Positions 23,201 to 31,286 of a DNA stretch of 41,704 bases are shown here, in pieces. Both the position numbers and the translations under genes were made by a program. This stretch comes from a virus, in IMG/VR virus record IMGVR_UViG_3300045988_041287, positions 1 to 41,704 of that record. One strand, 5' to 3'. Below the pieces are notes generated by a model. That model was not told the DNA's origin. It saw nothing but the letters and a program-made list of their open reading frames with translations, and did no database searches. Each line of letters opens with the position of its first letter. The stretch's first letter is position 1.

Positions 23201-26200
23201 TCTCCCGCGCGCTTCTCCGCCAGCGCTCCATCGGCACACGCAGTGCGTCGTAGTCCGACTTTGCCTGATATACATCCAGAATGCTTCGCGCGTTGTCCAT
23301 ATCCTGCACAGCCTCCGGCGCAATCTCGCCGCGCAGCAGCCGCCACACGACCCTCTCGTCCTCGTCGGTCAGCAGGTTTCTGTTCTTCACCCGCTCGTAG
23401 TTCTTCCGCGCCTTGCGCAGGTCCTCTCCCAGCTTCAGCGCTTCCTCTTCGCTCTGCGGGGTGTACTGCATCACCTTTCTGCGCTCCGCCGCCTCAACGT
23501 ATCGGCGCACCGTCCGCATCACCGACGTCATATTCTCTACTGAACGTTCAAAGTCATTCTTCGCCCACCGCTTATAGTCCCCGCCGTCGCCCTTGTGCGC
23601 CTCGTCCAGCGTCTGCTTCGTGATCTGGATCTTGTTCGCCACCTCGATCATGCGCATCAGCTGATCCGCCGGGTTCATGATTGCCTCCGGGAACAGCCCC
23701 GGCGCTTCGTCGTGGAGTTCTCCGTACAGCGTGTCGATGCCGATGCCCTCGTTGTTGAGTAATATCCTCCCGCGCACCGCCCGCCGGAACTGCTCAAGGT
23801 CTGCAAACTCCGCCCGCACCTCCGGCGTCACCCGGATGCCCGTCTTGAGCAGCTTGACCTTGATATGCTTGAACGTGTCGTAGAACTCGCGGTCCTCCTC
23901 AATGCCAGCGTCGTAGGCGTCCTCAAAGCTCTCGTTGATCGTCTCCTGCGCGATCTTGCCGGTTTTCAGGAACTCGTTCATCATGCCCTGCACGGCAGGC
24001 TTCAGCACCTCGCGCTTTGCCTTGCCCGGAATGCTCATCGCGTTCGCCGCCTGCCGCACCGCGCTGTTCACCGCCTGATCCACAAACGCCCGCGCCTTCC
24101 CCGGCAGCTTGTCGTAGCTGTACACCTTCGGCTTCTCTCCCGTCTCCGAAGCCTCCCCTTGGTGACCAAGGGGAGGTGGCGCGGAGCGACGGAGGGGATC
24201 AGAGCTTCCCCCGTTCTGCTCTTCCGCCACGTTTGCTTCCGCGTTTGCATCCCGCGTCTCCGGCGAATATTTCCCCTTGACATTTTCCTCTACACTCTGT
24301 ACAATGTCCCCAAGTCGATAGTTTTCTGCGCGCCCGGCCTTGTAGCCAAAACCGTTCAGAAAGCTGTCGGCTTTTTTGTCGTCGTAGATCCGCAGTTCCT
24401 TTCCCTCTTTGATCTGATTCGCGATCCACTCTTTCGGATTGTCCAGACCGTAAATGCTCTTGATACGCGTTACCGTTTCACCGTCAAGCTCTGCGTCTTT
24501 CAGTACACCCACCAGCAGCGGCTTTCCGTCCCCGTCGATCTCATCGGTCAGCACCCCTACAGAGTTTCCGATCTCAAAGCTCAAGACCGGCTGCTGCATG
24601 ATGGATTCCAGATTGTTGAACACACGCTGCGGCACATTGTGCTTTTCGCTCTTTGACTTCTTGTAGGTCGTCTGCGACATCACGAGCGGCTGCCCGGTGA
24701 TACCGAGCGCATCATATTCCCTCGCCAGTGTTCCGAAATAGAACTCGTCATGCTTGGTCAGTCCATTCGCGCGATACTGCTTGAATTGCTCCTTTACGCT
24801 TTCTCCGCGTGTATTGTTGATACTGTACGCCTCCGGCGGACCTCTGGTCTGTGCCGGTTTTTTTGTGCGCTGGCTCGCCGCGCGGTCTGCTTCTGTGCGC
24901 ACGCGCTCCTGGAGCTTGTCCGCGCCCAAGCCCATGCGGTTGATCCCCGCGTAGGCGTCGCACACGATCTCGTCCAGATACGCGCTCATGTCCTCGCCTG
25001 TGTAGCAGCCCTCGTATGCCTCGCAGTATTTCCGCGCCAGCTTATCCCGCTGCTCCCGCGAAAGCCCCAGCGCGTCGATCAGGCGCTCCCGCAGCCCCGG
25101 TTCTGCTTCCAGCCGCAGGTGCATCGCCTCGTGCTCGGCGGTCTTGATAACGCCGTCCTTCGCGTCGATGGTGAGCCATACGGTCGTTCCCTGTGTAACG
25201 CCCTGTACGCTCATCTCTCTGCCGCCTGCGGTCCTGATCCTGATCGACCCGCTCACAAGACGCACGTCGTCCGCGCCCGCATCGGTAAGGATTTGCTTCG
25301 CCTGCTTGAGGGCGGGATATTCCTGCACCGTCTCCTCCGGCACGCGGTAGAACATTTTCTGATCCGAGCCGTTTTCGATCCCGTCCGCCTTTGGGCTTAA
25401 CCGTTCCGCTTTCGCAGTGCCGAGGACACTTTGGATTCTAAGGCTTTCCTTGACGCCGAATCCGCCTGCGGATTCTTTCTCTGCTCCTCCTGCGCCTCTG
25501 CCCACGCGTCCAGACGGCTCATCGGAATCCATACCTGCATCCCGTTCGCCGCCGTTACCAATACCCGCTGTTCCATTTTCTTCTCCTTTCCGCCTGCCTT
25601 CCTTGTAGGCTTCCTGCAATACCTCGTCCGCAATGCCCCTCTGAGAATCCTCCCGCTTGAATTTCCAGCCGAACCGTCCCTTCCCGTAGGCGACACGCAC
25701 CGCCTCTGCATACGTCGGGATGTCCATCTGCACGCGGTCGTTTGCATCAAAATACCCGGAGATAAAGTATTGCGTCATCGCAAAGCCGTATTCGCGCTGC
25801 TTTGCGATCCGCTCCAGCTCCGCCGCGTCCTGCTCCTCTGCCGCTCTCCTTGCCGCAAGCTCGGCGGCGCTCTCCTGCGCCTGTGCGGACTGCTCTGTCT
25901 CGCGCAGCTCCTTGTCGGATAGGGTCTGCGTCTCGCGTCCCATCTCCTTCTGCTGCCGCTCGTTCTCCAGCCGCGCCCGCGCAACGTTCGCCACGTCCTG
26001 CATATCCCGCTCCTTCGCTTCCAGATATGCCTCGTCCTGCGCGATCTGCTCCCGCAGCTCCTGCACCCGCGCATTTATGGCTTCCCCTTTGGGGGAAGCT
26101 GTCGGCGCAGCCGACTGATGAGGGGCAGCGTTGTCGGCTGCAGCCGTTACCGCGTTTGCTTCCAGCCCCCGCAGCTCCGCCGTCCGCGCATCGTACTCCT

Positions 26201-28514
26201 TTAGCCGAGCCTTATACTCGCGCAGCGTGTCCCCGACCTTGCCGAGCAGCTTGTCGCCCTTCACGCGCCCGCGTACATCCTCCTGCCCCGCCTGCCGCAA
26301 GACCGTCCGCACCTCCGGCTCGTTGTTTGCACTCTCCAAAGCCTCCCCTTGGTGACCAAGGGGAGGTGGCGCGGAGCGCCGGAAGGGATCAGAACTACCC
26401 CCGTTCTGAGCTGCCGCCACGTCTGCCTCCAGCTCCATATTGTCCGGCAGCCCGTCCCCGTCCTCGTCGATCACGTCCATATTGGACGGAATGTCGTCCT
26501 CCACGTCCATATTCTCCGGCACGTCGCTCTCGCTTGCTTCCCGCTGTACCTCCTCCACGGTCCTCTCCGCCGCGTCGCTCTCTCCGGCTTTGTCCAGCGC
26601 GTCGATCAAGCGCCCGAAATCCTGCATATCCGGCGCGCGTCCGTATGCCAGCTTGTCGCTGATCGTATCGCGCGCCGCCTGGACGTCCGCGTTTGTGCTG
26701 CCGTCCGTCTCCCGGATCAGGATCTTCGCGTACTGCTTCATGTATCGGTCCTGCCGTGCCTGTGACAGCCCGCTCACCATCCCGGCAGCATCGCCCAGCA
26801 CGCCGACGAATACGCCGCCGAGGAATGACATCCCAAGGTCCTCCGCCGTCACTGACCCCTCCAGCGTCCCGTCCAGCACTAGGCTCTGGAACGTCGGCTC
26901 AAGCAGCTCCGCCACGACCTCCTCCAGACCCTCCGATACCAGCCCGAACGCCTTGCTGTCCAGCACCCGCAGGAGCGTCTTATTTTTCAGCTTCGCCGCC
27001 GCCCGGTTGATAAGACCCACGTCCTCGTCATACACCGGGTTTCCGCCGAACAGCTTTTCGGAGAATACTTCCACGGCGGCGTTCTCCAAGCCGATCAAAA
27101 TCGCCTCGCCGTCCGTCGCCCCTGCATTCTTCGCATCCACCGCCGCGTTGCCGCCCGCTCTGGACGCCATGGACGTCAGGGTGGATAGATTCGTCGTCTC
27201 CTTCATCGGATTCACGCCGCTCATCCCGGCAAGCCCCGCGTCCAAAAGCATCGACCCGACCGACGGCAGGTTCTCCACCACGAACTTCCCGACGTCGCTT
27301 CTGTCCTTCGTCGCCCGCTCCATAATGCGGCTGTACTCGTCCTGCCATGCCTGCGCGCCCGACCAGTCGATGTCTGTCGCCAGCTTGTCCGCCAGAGCGT
27401 TCAGGCTGTCCCGGTACGCCTGCCCGAAAATGCCGCCCAGCACCTTGCTCTTTGCAAGGTCACGCAGCGCCCACGCCGCCGCCTTGTTGATTCCTGCTTC
27501 CGCGACCGCGTGCGTCGCCTCCTGACCGCCCAGCCACGACGCCGAGCTGCCGCTGATGAACGCATCCGCCGCCGCCTCGCCAAAGCCCACATAGTCCCCC
27601 GTGAGCTTTGGATTTTTCAGCAGCGCCCGGAAGTCCGAAAGGTCCTTGCCGGTCACGCCCATCTCGTCGAACCTCTGCCGCAGCGCGTCCTTTTCCTCCC
27701 GGTCCTCGTCAGCGTCCAGTTCAAAATAGCGCGCCACGTCCTCCCGAATGCCCAGATTGTCCAGTCTGGCGTTCTGTGCCTGATAGCGCGTCTGCTCGTC
27801 TGTGGTGGTCGTTACGCCGTTCAGATAGTTTTGATACGTCCCGTATTTCTTCTGCATGGCAGTGGAGCGGTTGAACTCCTGCTCCGTTACCTTGCCTTCC
27901 CGCTGCGCCTGTTCCTGCTTCGCTCGGCGCGCATTTTCCATCGCCTCGTCGTACCCGGCGTACACGCCGCGCAAATAGTTCTGGTAGCTGCCGTATTTCT
28001 GCTGCATCGCCGTGGAGCGGTTAAATTCCTGTTCCGATACCTTGTCCGAGGAAAACCTGCCTCGCGGCGTTGTGTCCTGCTTCTGCCCCAGCTCTGCCCG
28101 GTACTGCTCCTCCGTCGTCCCGCGCATCGCCCTGTACCGCTGCTGCGTGATGCTGTCCACCGCCGCCTTGTACTGCTCAAACGTCACCCCGCCCTGCGCC
28201 TTGTAGCGCGAGAGCGTCGGGCTGTATGTCCCCCGTGCAGCGCTTGGCTCTCCCTCTGGGATAGCTGTCCGCCCGCCGGATGTGTACGTTTTGACCCACG
28301 GCGTGCTTGTGCCCCGCCCATCCTGTTCCTTGGCGGTTTTCATGATGGCGGTCCAGTCAAAGCGCCCCGCCTGCTCTGTCTGCTGCTGTCGCTGGGTATA
28401 CGGCTCTACCGCCCGGCTGCCGGAGCTGTTGCCGTAAAGCGCCTGATTGTCGCTTCTGCGCGCCCGCTCCATCACCTGCTTCCAGTTGATATTGCTTTCT
28501 GTTTTCTTCGCCAT
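20226..28514 (-). CDS. Giant (2,762 aa) polyvalent-type virion/ejection protein
   Basis: A single uninterrupted ORF. Contains HEAMH (HExxH, nt 25119-25133), a MuF-C/PBECR-like segment (KHNVPQRVFNNLESIMQQPVLSF...), internal duplications and long helical regions. No tail tube or sheath genes are nearby. Confidence 0.8.
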   Translation of the reverse strand: MAKKTESNINWKQVMERARRSDNQALYGNSSGSRAVEPYTQRQQQTEQAGRFDWTAIMKTAKEQDGRGTSTPWVKTYTSGGRTAIPEGEPSAARGTYSPTLSRYKAQGGVTFEQYKAAVDSITQQRYRAMRGTTEEQYRAELGQKQDTTPRGRFSSDKVSEQEFNRSTAMQQKYGSYQNYLRGVYAGYDEAMENARRAKQEQAQREGKVTEQEFNRSTAMQKKYGTYQNYLNGVTTTTDEQTRYQAQNARLDNLGIREDVARYFELDADEDREEKDALRQRFDEMGVTGKDLSDFRALLKNPKLTGDYVGFGEAAADAFISGSSASWLGGQEATHAVAEAGINKAAAWALRDLAKSKVLGGIFGQAYRDSLNALADKLATDIDWSGAQAWQDEYSRIMERATKDRSDVGKFVVENLPSVGSMLLDAGLAGMSGVNPMKETTNLSTLTSMASRAGGNAAVDAKNAGATDGEAILIGLENAAVEVFSEKLFGGNPVYDEDVGLINRAAAKLKNKTLLRVLDSKAFGLVSEGLEEVVAELLEPTFQSLVLDGTLEGSVTAEDLGMSFLGGVFVGVLGDAAGMVSGLSQARQDRYMKQYAKILIRETDGSTNADVQAARDTISDKLAYGRAPDMQDFGRLIDALDKAGESDAAERTVEEVQREASESDVPENMDVEDDIPSNMDVIDEDGDGLPDNMELEADVAAAQNGGSSDPFRRSAPPPLGHQGEALESANNEPEVRTVLRQAGQEDVRGRVKGDKLLGKVGDTLREYKARLKEYDARTAELRGLEANAVTAAADNAAPHQSAAPTASPKGEAINARVQELREQIAQDEAYLEAKERDMQDVANVARARLENERQQKEMGRETQTLSDKELRETEQSAQAQESAAELAARRAAEEQDAAELERIAKQREYGFAMTQYFISGYFDANDRVQMDIPTYAEAVRVAYGKGRFGWKFKREDSQRGIADEVLQEAYKEGRRKGEENGTAGIGNGGERDAGMDSDEPSGRVGRGAGGAEKESAGGFGVKESLRIQSVLGTAKAERLSPKADGIENGSDQKMFYRVPEETVQEYPALKQAKQILTDAGADDVRLVSGSIRIRTAGGREMSVQGVTQGTTVWLTIDAKDGVIKTAEHEAMHLRLEAEPGLRERLIDALGLSREQRDKLARKYCEAYEGCYTGEDMSAYLDEIVCDAYAGINRMGLGADKLQERVRTEADRAASQRTKKPAQTRGPPEAYSINNTRGESVKEQFKQYRANGLTKHDEFYFGTLAREYDALGITGQPLVMSQTTYKKSKSEKHNVPQRVFNNLESIMQQPVLSFEIGNSVGVLTDEIDGDGKPLLVGVLKDAELDGETVTRIKSIYGLDNPKEWIANQIKEGKELRIYDDKKADSFLNGFGYKAGRAENYRLGDIVQSVEENVKGKYSPETRDANAEANVAEEQNGGSSDPLRRSAPPPLGHQGEASETGEKPKVYSYDKLPGKARAFVDQAVNSAVRQAANAMSIPGKAKREVLKPAVQGMMNEFLKTGKIAQETINESFEDAYDAGIEEDREFYDTFKHIKVKLLKTGIRVTPEVRAEFADLEQFRRAVRGRILLNNEGIGIDTLYGELHDEAPGLFPEAIMNPADQLMRMIEVANKIQITKQTLDEAHKGDGGDYKRWAKNDFERSVENMTSVMRTVRRYVEAAERRKVMQYTPQSEEEALKLGEDLRKARKNYERVKNRNLLTDEDERVVWRLLRGEIAPEAVQDMDNARSILDVYQAKSDYDALRVPMERWRRSAREKNREYAREHLTNIESTKDKKGFFLQRETMTRNTRDVFAREDAERINNDYFAQVRRDEAKATRFKNEMRGRVKAMNMSREKRTGDLVSEAHAVQLYGEAMNNIEMLKKKPMDAKRDGKTLAEWEAVVRELWKTSPSLDKTKIESAVAEFRKIYDETLEAMNRKRIENGYEPVPRRSGYFPHFQPGQTDGILAMVANALGVNGDVTELPTTIAGRTYMFRPGIKYFGNAEERLGFNTAYDAVEGFDRYIEGAASVIYQTDNIQRLRALASEIRYMASSEGVQQQVDAIRADTELSQYERDKKVEEILEKAKFQLSGYVNELEEYTNLLAGKKSRTDRDMERDHGRKIYNVMQKTIGRVGANMVALNLRSAATNFAPLVQTAMQHGGLQTFAAMWQTVRNVRDRDGIVERSAFLTNRRGSDPLVNGRMGKISDAAGAVMNVVDNFTAEAVVRVRYNDNLRRGLNEVDAMDEADQYAADVMAARSKGEMPTRYESKNPFTKMLTQFQLEVNNLPRNVFKDTAYYMSKDHPDWSNSRFVAEYAWRLLKYCIYAWLFNEAFESIFGGRVLPDPINMANDFVGDTTGKRLGNIFDAATEEFIHGRDGEWIETTNKKRLSAALTGLGEAILDDVPGTQVLALVTDDLDGGRLPVTQAIPNVLTIINAATDKDMANDVRWEKIGAEVAKPVTYLFAPLGGGAVKKTAQGIYAVVQGGSFKKNKDGELLMQYPVFNETTGDKILNTIKVSIAGKTATSEAKKWVDNDFSNLNMKETNAYLAMSAADVKQREAWKLIQAMKDVDVPEGASEREAKLAALNAYDIADEAKAMYYYNVIASEKEQAMLQRLLNENADVGAYLEYRQALPGADGWKDAEGNTVSGSKKSELYDLLDSYDFTPEQKDAIAGESYKLTGFEPWTEQGKSLREAAMTGKNVTQVVRELKKAGYTNGEISQAITALCRQDFREASERERIDLRAHLATVYAMLGKDRKKALEKIDEWAQ
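21400..21571. repeat. Source region in the giant gene for the 76-bp methyltransferase insert
   Basis: 21400-21459 and 21556-21571 match 5256-5331. This region encodes ...KYCIYAWLFNEAF...GNIFDAATEEFIHGRDGE. Confidence 0.85.
24149..24248. repeat. GC-rich hairpin element (B-type) in frame in the giant gene
   Basis: cctccccttggtgaccaaggggagg and ggcgcggagcg(a)cc hairpins, ending in ccgcgtttgc. Translated as ANAEANVAEEQNGGSSDPLRRSAPPPLGHQGEASE. Confidence 0.85.
26079..26159. repeat. GC-rich hairpin element (A-type variant) in frame in the giant gene
   Basis: gcttcccctttgggggaagc and gtcggcgcagccgac hairpins (compensatory changes relative to 6455/7809), then tgatgagggg ... cgcgtttgc. Translated as ANAVTAAADNAAPHQSAAPTASPKGEA. 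Confidence 0.8.
26339..26430. repeat. GC-rich hairpin element (B-type) in frame in the giant gene
   Basis: About 89% identical to 24149-24240. Translated as EADVAAAQNGGSSDPFRRSAPPPLGHQGEALE. Confidence 0.85.
27811..28045. repeat. Internal ~85-bp duplication in the giant gene, two copies about 150 bp apart
   Basis: Encodes KV(S/T)EQEFNRSTAMQ(Q/K)KYG(S/T)YQNYL twice. Confidence 0.8.
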
Positions 28515-28526
28515 GGTATCCTCCCG

Positions 28527-29639
28527 TTACGAAATGATCCCGTACCGGCGCAGGAACGTCTCCGCCTGTGCCTCCGTGATCTTCCCTTCGTCCAGTGCGT
28601 CCTTGATGAGCTGCGCGCGTCCCGCGTTGCTGCGGTTCATGGAAAGCGTCTGCTGGAATCCCCGAAGCTGGTTCTCCGTGTACTGCGTGCCCACGTCCTG
28701 GAAGCGATAGCTGTTCTGCCCGGTTTTCGACATCTTGTAATAGTCCGAGGTATAGGTCTTGCCCTTGCCGGAGCTTCCAGACCCGCCCCCCGATCCGCTC
28801 GCCGCCTTCTGCGCTGCTGCATAATAGTTCTGCTCATCCTGCTGCTTTTGCAGCCAGTAGCTCCGCTCCGCCGCCCAGCGGTTGTAATCGTCCTGCGCCG
28901 CCGCCTGCGCCGCAGACTGTGCCAGCGACAGCTCGTTAAAGTAATCGCTCATCTGGTCGCGGTACTTGTTGTAATTCTGCTGCTCGCGGTCGTTAAGAAG
29001 CCCCCACTGGTCAAGCATCCTTGCGCCCTCGTCGCTGTACTGCTGATACGCCTGCCCGTACAGCTCCGGCACAACGTCATTGAGGCTCTGGAGATACGCG
29101 TCATACGTCTGCTGCCCCACGCTCTGCCCGTAGCTCGATCCGTACCCGCCCGTCAGGGCGGCAGCCTGCCCCATCGTGTCCATCATCGCCGTCCTGCCGA
29201 GATTCTGATACTGCATCTTGTACTGCTGATACATCGGGTCATCGTACACGTCGTACTTGAATTTCTCGCGGTTTGTGATCTTGTCATACAGTGCGTCCAG
29301 CTCCGCGCCCCACTTCGATTCATACGCCCCCGGCTTGCTGCCCTGCACGCCCGCGAGATAGCTCTGCGCCGCCCGCACCGCCGACGACGGCGTGTACCCG
29401 CTCTCCAATCTGGATAGCCTTTCCGTCGTCTGTGAGCTTGCGCCCGGAATGCCGCTTCTGGTGTCGTACCCGCCGCCGTAGTTGTGGATCGTCTGCTGCT
29501 TGTTTACGAGCCTCGACGTGTACCTCCCGTTCTCTCCCACGCCTGTGATCTCATAGGTGCCGCCCCCGGTCACAACACGGTCGCCTGTCGTCAGTCCCGC
29601 CGGCGCTTGCCCGCCCTTCTCAACCCTGTAAATGCCCAT
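28527..29639 (-). CDS. Q/Y-rich virion protein, 370 aa
   Basis: ORF track; lies within the structural operon. Confidence 0.65.
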   Translation of the reverse strand: MGIYRVEKGGQAPAGLTTGDRVVTGGGTYEITGVGENGRYTSRLVNKQQTIHNYGGGYDTRSGIPGASSQTTERLSRLESGYTPSSAVRAAQSYLAGVQGSKPGAYESKWGAELDALYDKITNREKFKYDVYDDPMYQQYKMQYQNLGRTAMMDTMGQAAALTGGYGSSYGQSVGQQTYDAYLQSLNDVVPELYGQAYQQYSDEGARMLDQWGLLNDREQQNYNKYRDQMSDYFNELSLAQSAAQAAAQDDYNRWAAERSYWLQKQQDEQNYYAAAQKAASGSGGGSGSSGKGKTYTSDYYKMSKTGQNSYRFQDVGTQYTENQLRGFQQTLSMNRSNAGRAQLIKDALDEGKITEAQAETFLRRYGIIS

Positions 29640-29811
29640 CCGCTTCTTCCTCCTTTTCCGCTTCCTCCCGCAGCTCCCGCTCCATTGCCTGCAATACCTG
29701 CCCGCGCACCTCGCGCAGCGCCGCGTCCGCCATCACTGGCGGCAGCTCCGCCCGGTTGATCGCCTCCACGATCTGATTTTTCAGTTCAAAATACCGTCTC
29801 GTCGTATTCAT
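29620..29811 (-). CDS. Small helical protein, 63 aa
   Basis: ORF track; ATGA overlap with the upstream tail-spike gene. Confidence 0.5.
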   Translation of the reverse strand: MNTTRRYFELKNQIVEAINRAELPPVMADAALREVRGQVLQAMERELREEAEKEEEADGHLQG

Positions 29812-31286
29812 GTTGTCCCCTCCAATGCCGCAATTCTGGTTTTCAGTTTTTGTATCTGGTCGATGCAGAGCGCGATAAATTCGCCGTACCGCAAAAAATA
29901 GCTGTAGCCGCCCTCGTCCTTCGCCGCCTTGCAGATGCCCGCGAACTCCTGCCCCGTCAGCCCCACGGCGGTCATCGCTTCCTCCACGTCCTGCGCGATC
30001 ATGCCGACGTGTACGCGCCCGCTCGTTCCGGCGTTCAACTTGTAGTGCGCCGGCTTCAATCGGTCAAACAGCGCCGCATACCGCTCCATGTCGTAGCTGA
30101 TGCTGTTTTTCTCATTCAGGTCGGATGTCTGGATCACGTCGTCTACCGCCCACACGCTGTTCCATAGACGCTTTCCCGTTCCCAATCTCACATCTCCGCT
30201 TGAGCTTGGTCCAAAGTAGAGCACGCTCACTTTCGTTGAATCATCCTCGATCGAAACGTCTCTCGTTTCCCGCAATTCCACGCCGCAATCTGTTGTGTAT
30301 ATCCGCGCGCTCGTTGGGGTGATTCGCATTCCTCCGCTCTCTGCATCCGCGCTTCCCTGTGCGAGAAACAGCACTCGACCGTCCGAAACGCTGACCATGG
30401 ATTCGTTTGGCGAGCGCAAACTGATCTGCTTATTCGTTTCACCTTCATACGTTTCCACATACACGCCCAAATACCCCACCAGCGTCTCCGCACTGGACGC
30501 CTCATAGACCGGCAGATTGCCGCGCAGCTTGAACTTCTCCAGATACAGCCCGCTGATCTCCGCGTTCTCCGAAATGGTCAGCTTCGTCGCTGTGATCTCG
30601 CCGCTGATCTTCGCGCCCAGCGCCTCCAGCGTCCCGGCTGGGAAGTGCAGCTTCTTTCCCGACAGATACGCCACCTTTAAGCCCTGCTGCCAGAAGGCGA
30701 TTTCCCCCGGCGTCACAGTCACGACCTCGCCCTGCTTCTCGTCGATGACCTCGCCGTTCAGCTCCGTCTTTGTGGATATGTTCCCCACGCCTACGCCGTA
30801 CACCGGCTGCGCGTTCTCGTCGTGGAATAAAAGCCCCGTCTTGACGTACTGCCGCGCCGTCACGCCGTACCGCTCATCCTTGCTGTTGATGCCCGCCGTG
30901 TAGTCAAAAAGCTGTGTAATGCCCTTGCTGTTGATCTCGATGGTCGCGCTCGTCGCCTCCGCGTACTCGCCGAACGTGGACTTTGCCACATACCCGCCCT
31001 GTAACGTCTTGGTGAACTGCTCGGAGTTCTCCATCGAAAAGTCCGCCGTCTTGATAATGAGCTGCTTGAGCGAGGCAAACGCGCTCTGTTTCTTTTCCTT
31101 CTCGGTCCTCAGTGCCGCGTCCTCGTTGATGCCTGTGGAAATTTCCTGCAAGATCGCCTCCGCCGACCAGTCCGCGAGATTCAGTTGGTCAATGATGTCC
31201 CGCATCGACCGCTGTAATGCCGCGAGCTGCTCCTGCACCGACCCCTCTGTCCGCTTCGGATACGCTAAATTCAGGCTTCCCATCAC
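29808..31286 (-). CDS. Tail fibre/spike with a C-terminal S74 intramolecular-chaperone domain
   Basis: The C-terminus ...TSDLNEKNSISY...RVHVGMIAQDVEEAM...LRYGEFIALCIDQIQKLKTRIAALE matches the endosialidase-chaperone (Peptidase_S74) pattern. Confidence 0.75.
   Translation of the reverse strand: MMGSLNLAYPKRTEGSVQEQLAALQRSMRDIIDQLNLADWSAEAILQEISTGINEDAALRTEKEKKQSAFASLKQLIIKTADFSMENSEQFTKTLQGGYVAKSTFGEYAEATSATIEINSKGITQLFDYTAGINSKDERYGVTARQYVKTGLLFHDENAQPVYGVGVGNISTKTELNGEVIDEKQGEVVTVTPGEIAFWQQGLKVAYLSGKKLHFPAGTLEALGAKISGEITATKLTISENAEISGLYLEKFKLRGNLPVYEASSAETLVGYLGVYVETYEGETNKQISLRSPNESMVSVSDGRVLFLAQGSADAESGGMRITPTSARIYTTDCGVELRETRDVSIEDDSTKVSVLYFGPSSSGDVRLGTGKRLWNSVWAVDDVIQTSDLNEKNSISYDMERYAALFDRLKPAHYKLNAGTSGRVHVGMIAQDVEEAMTAVGLTGQEFAGICKAAKDEGGYSYFLRYGEFIALCIDQIQKLKTRIAALEGTT

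Noticed and set aside
20226-28514. The giant ORF as a tape measure protein.
   Set aside because: There are no tail tube, sheath or chaperone-frameshift genes nearby. The ORF contains an HExxH site and MuF-C-like segments. At 2,762 aa it would also imply an implausibly long tail. A polyvalent or ejection protein is favoured, though this is unverified.
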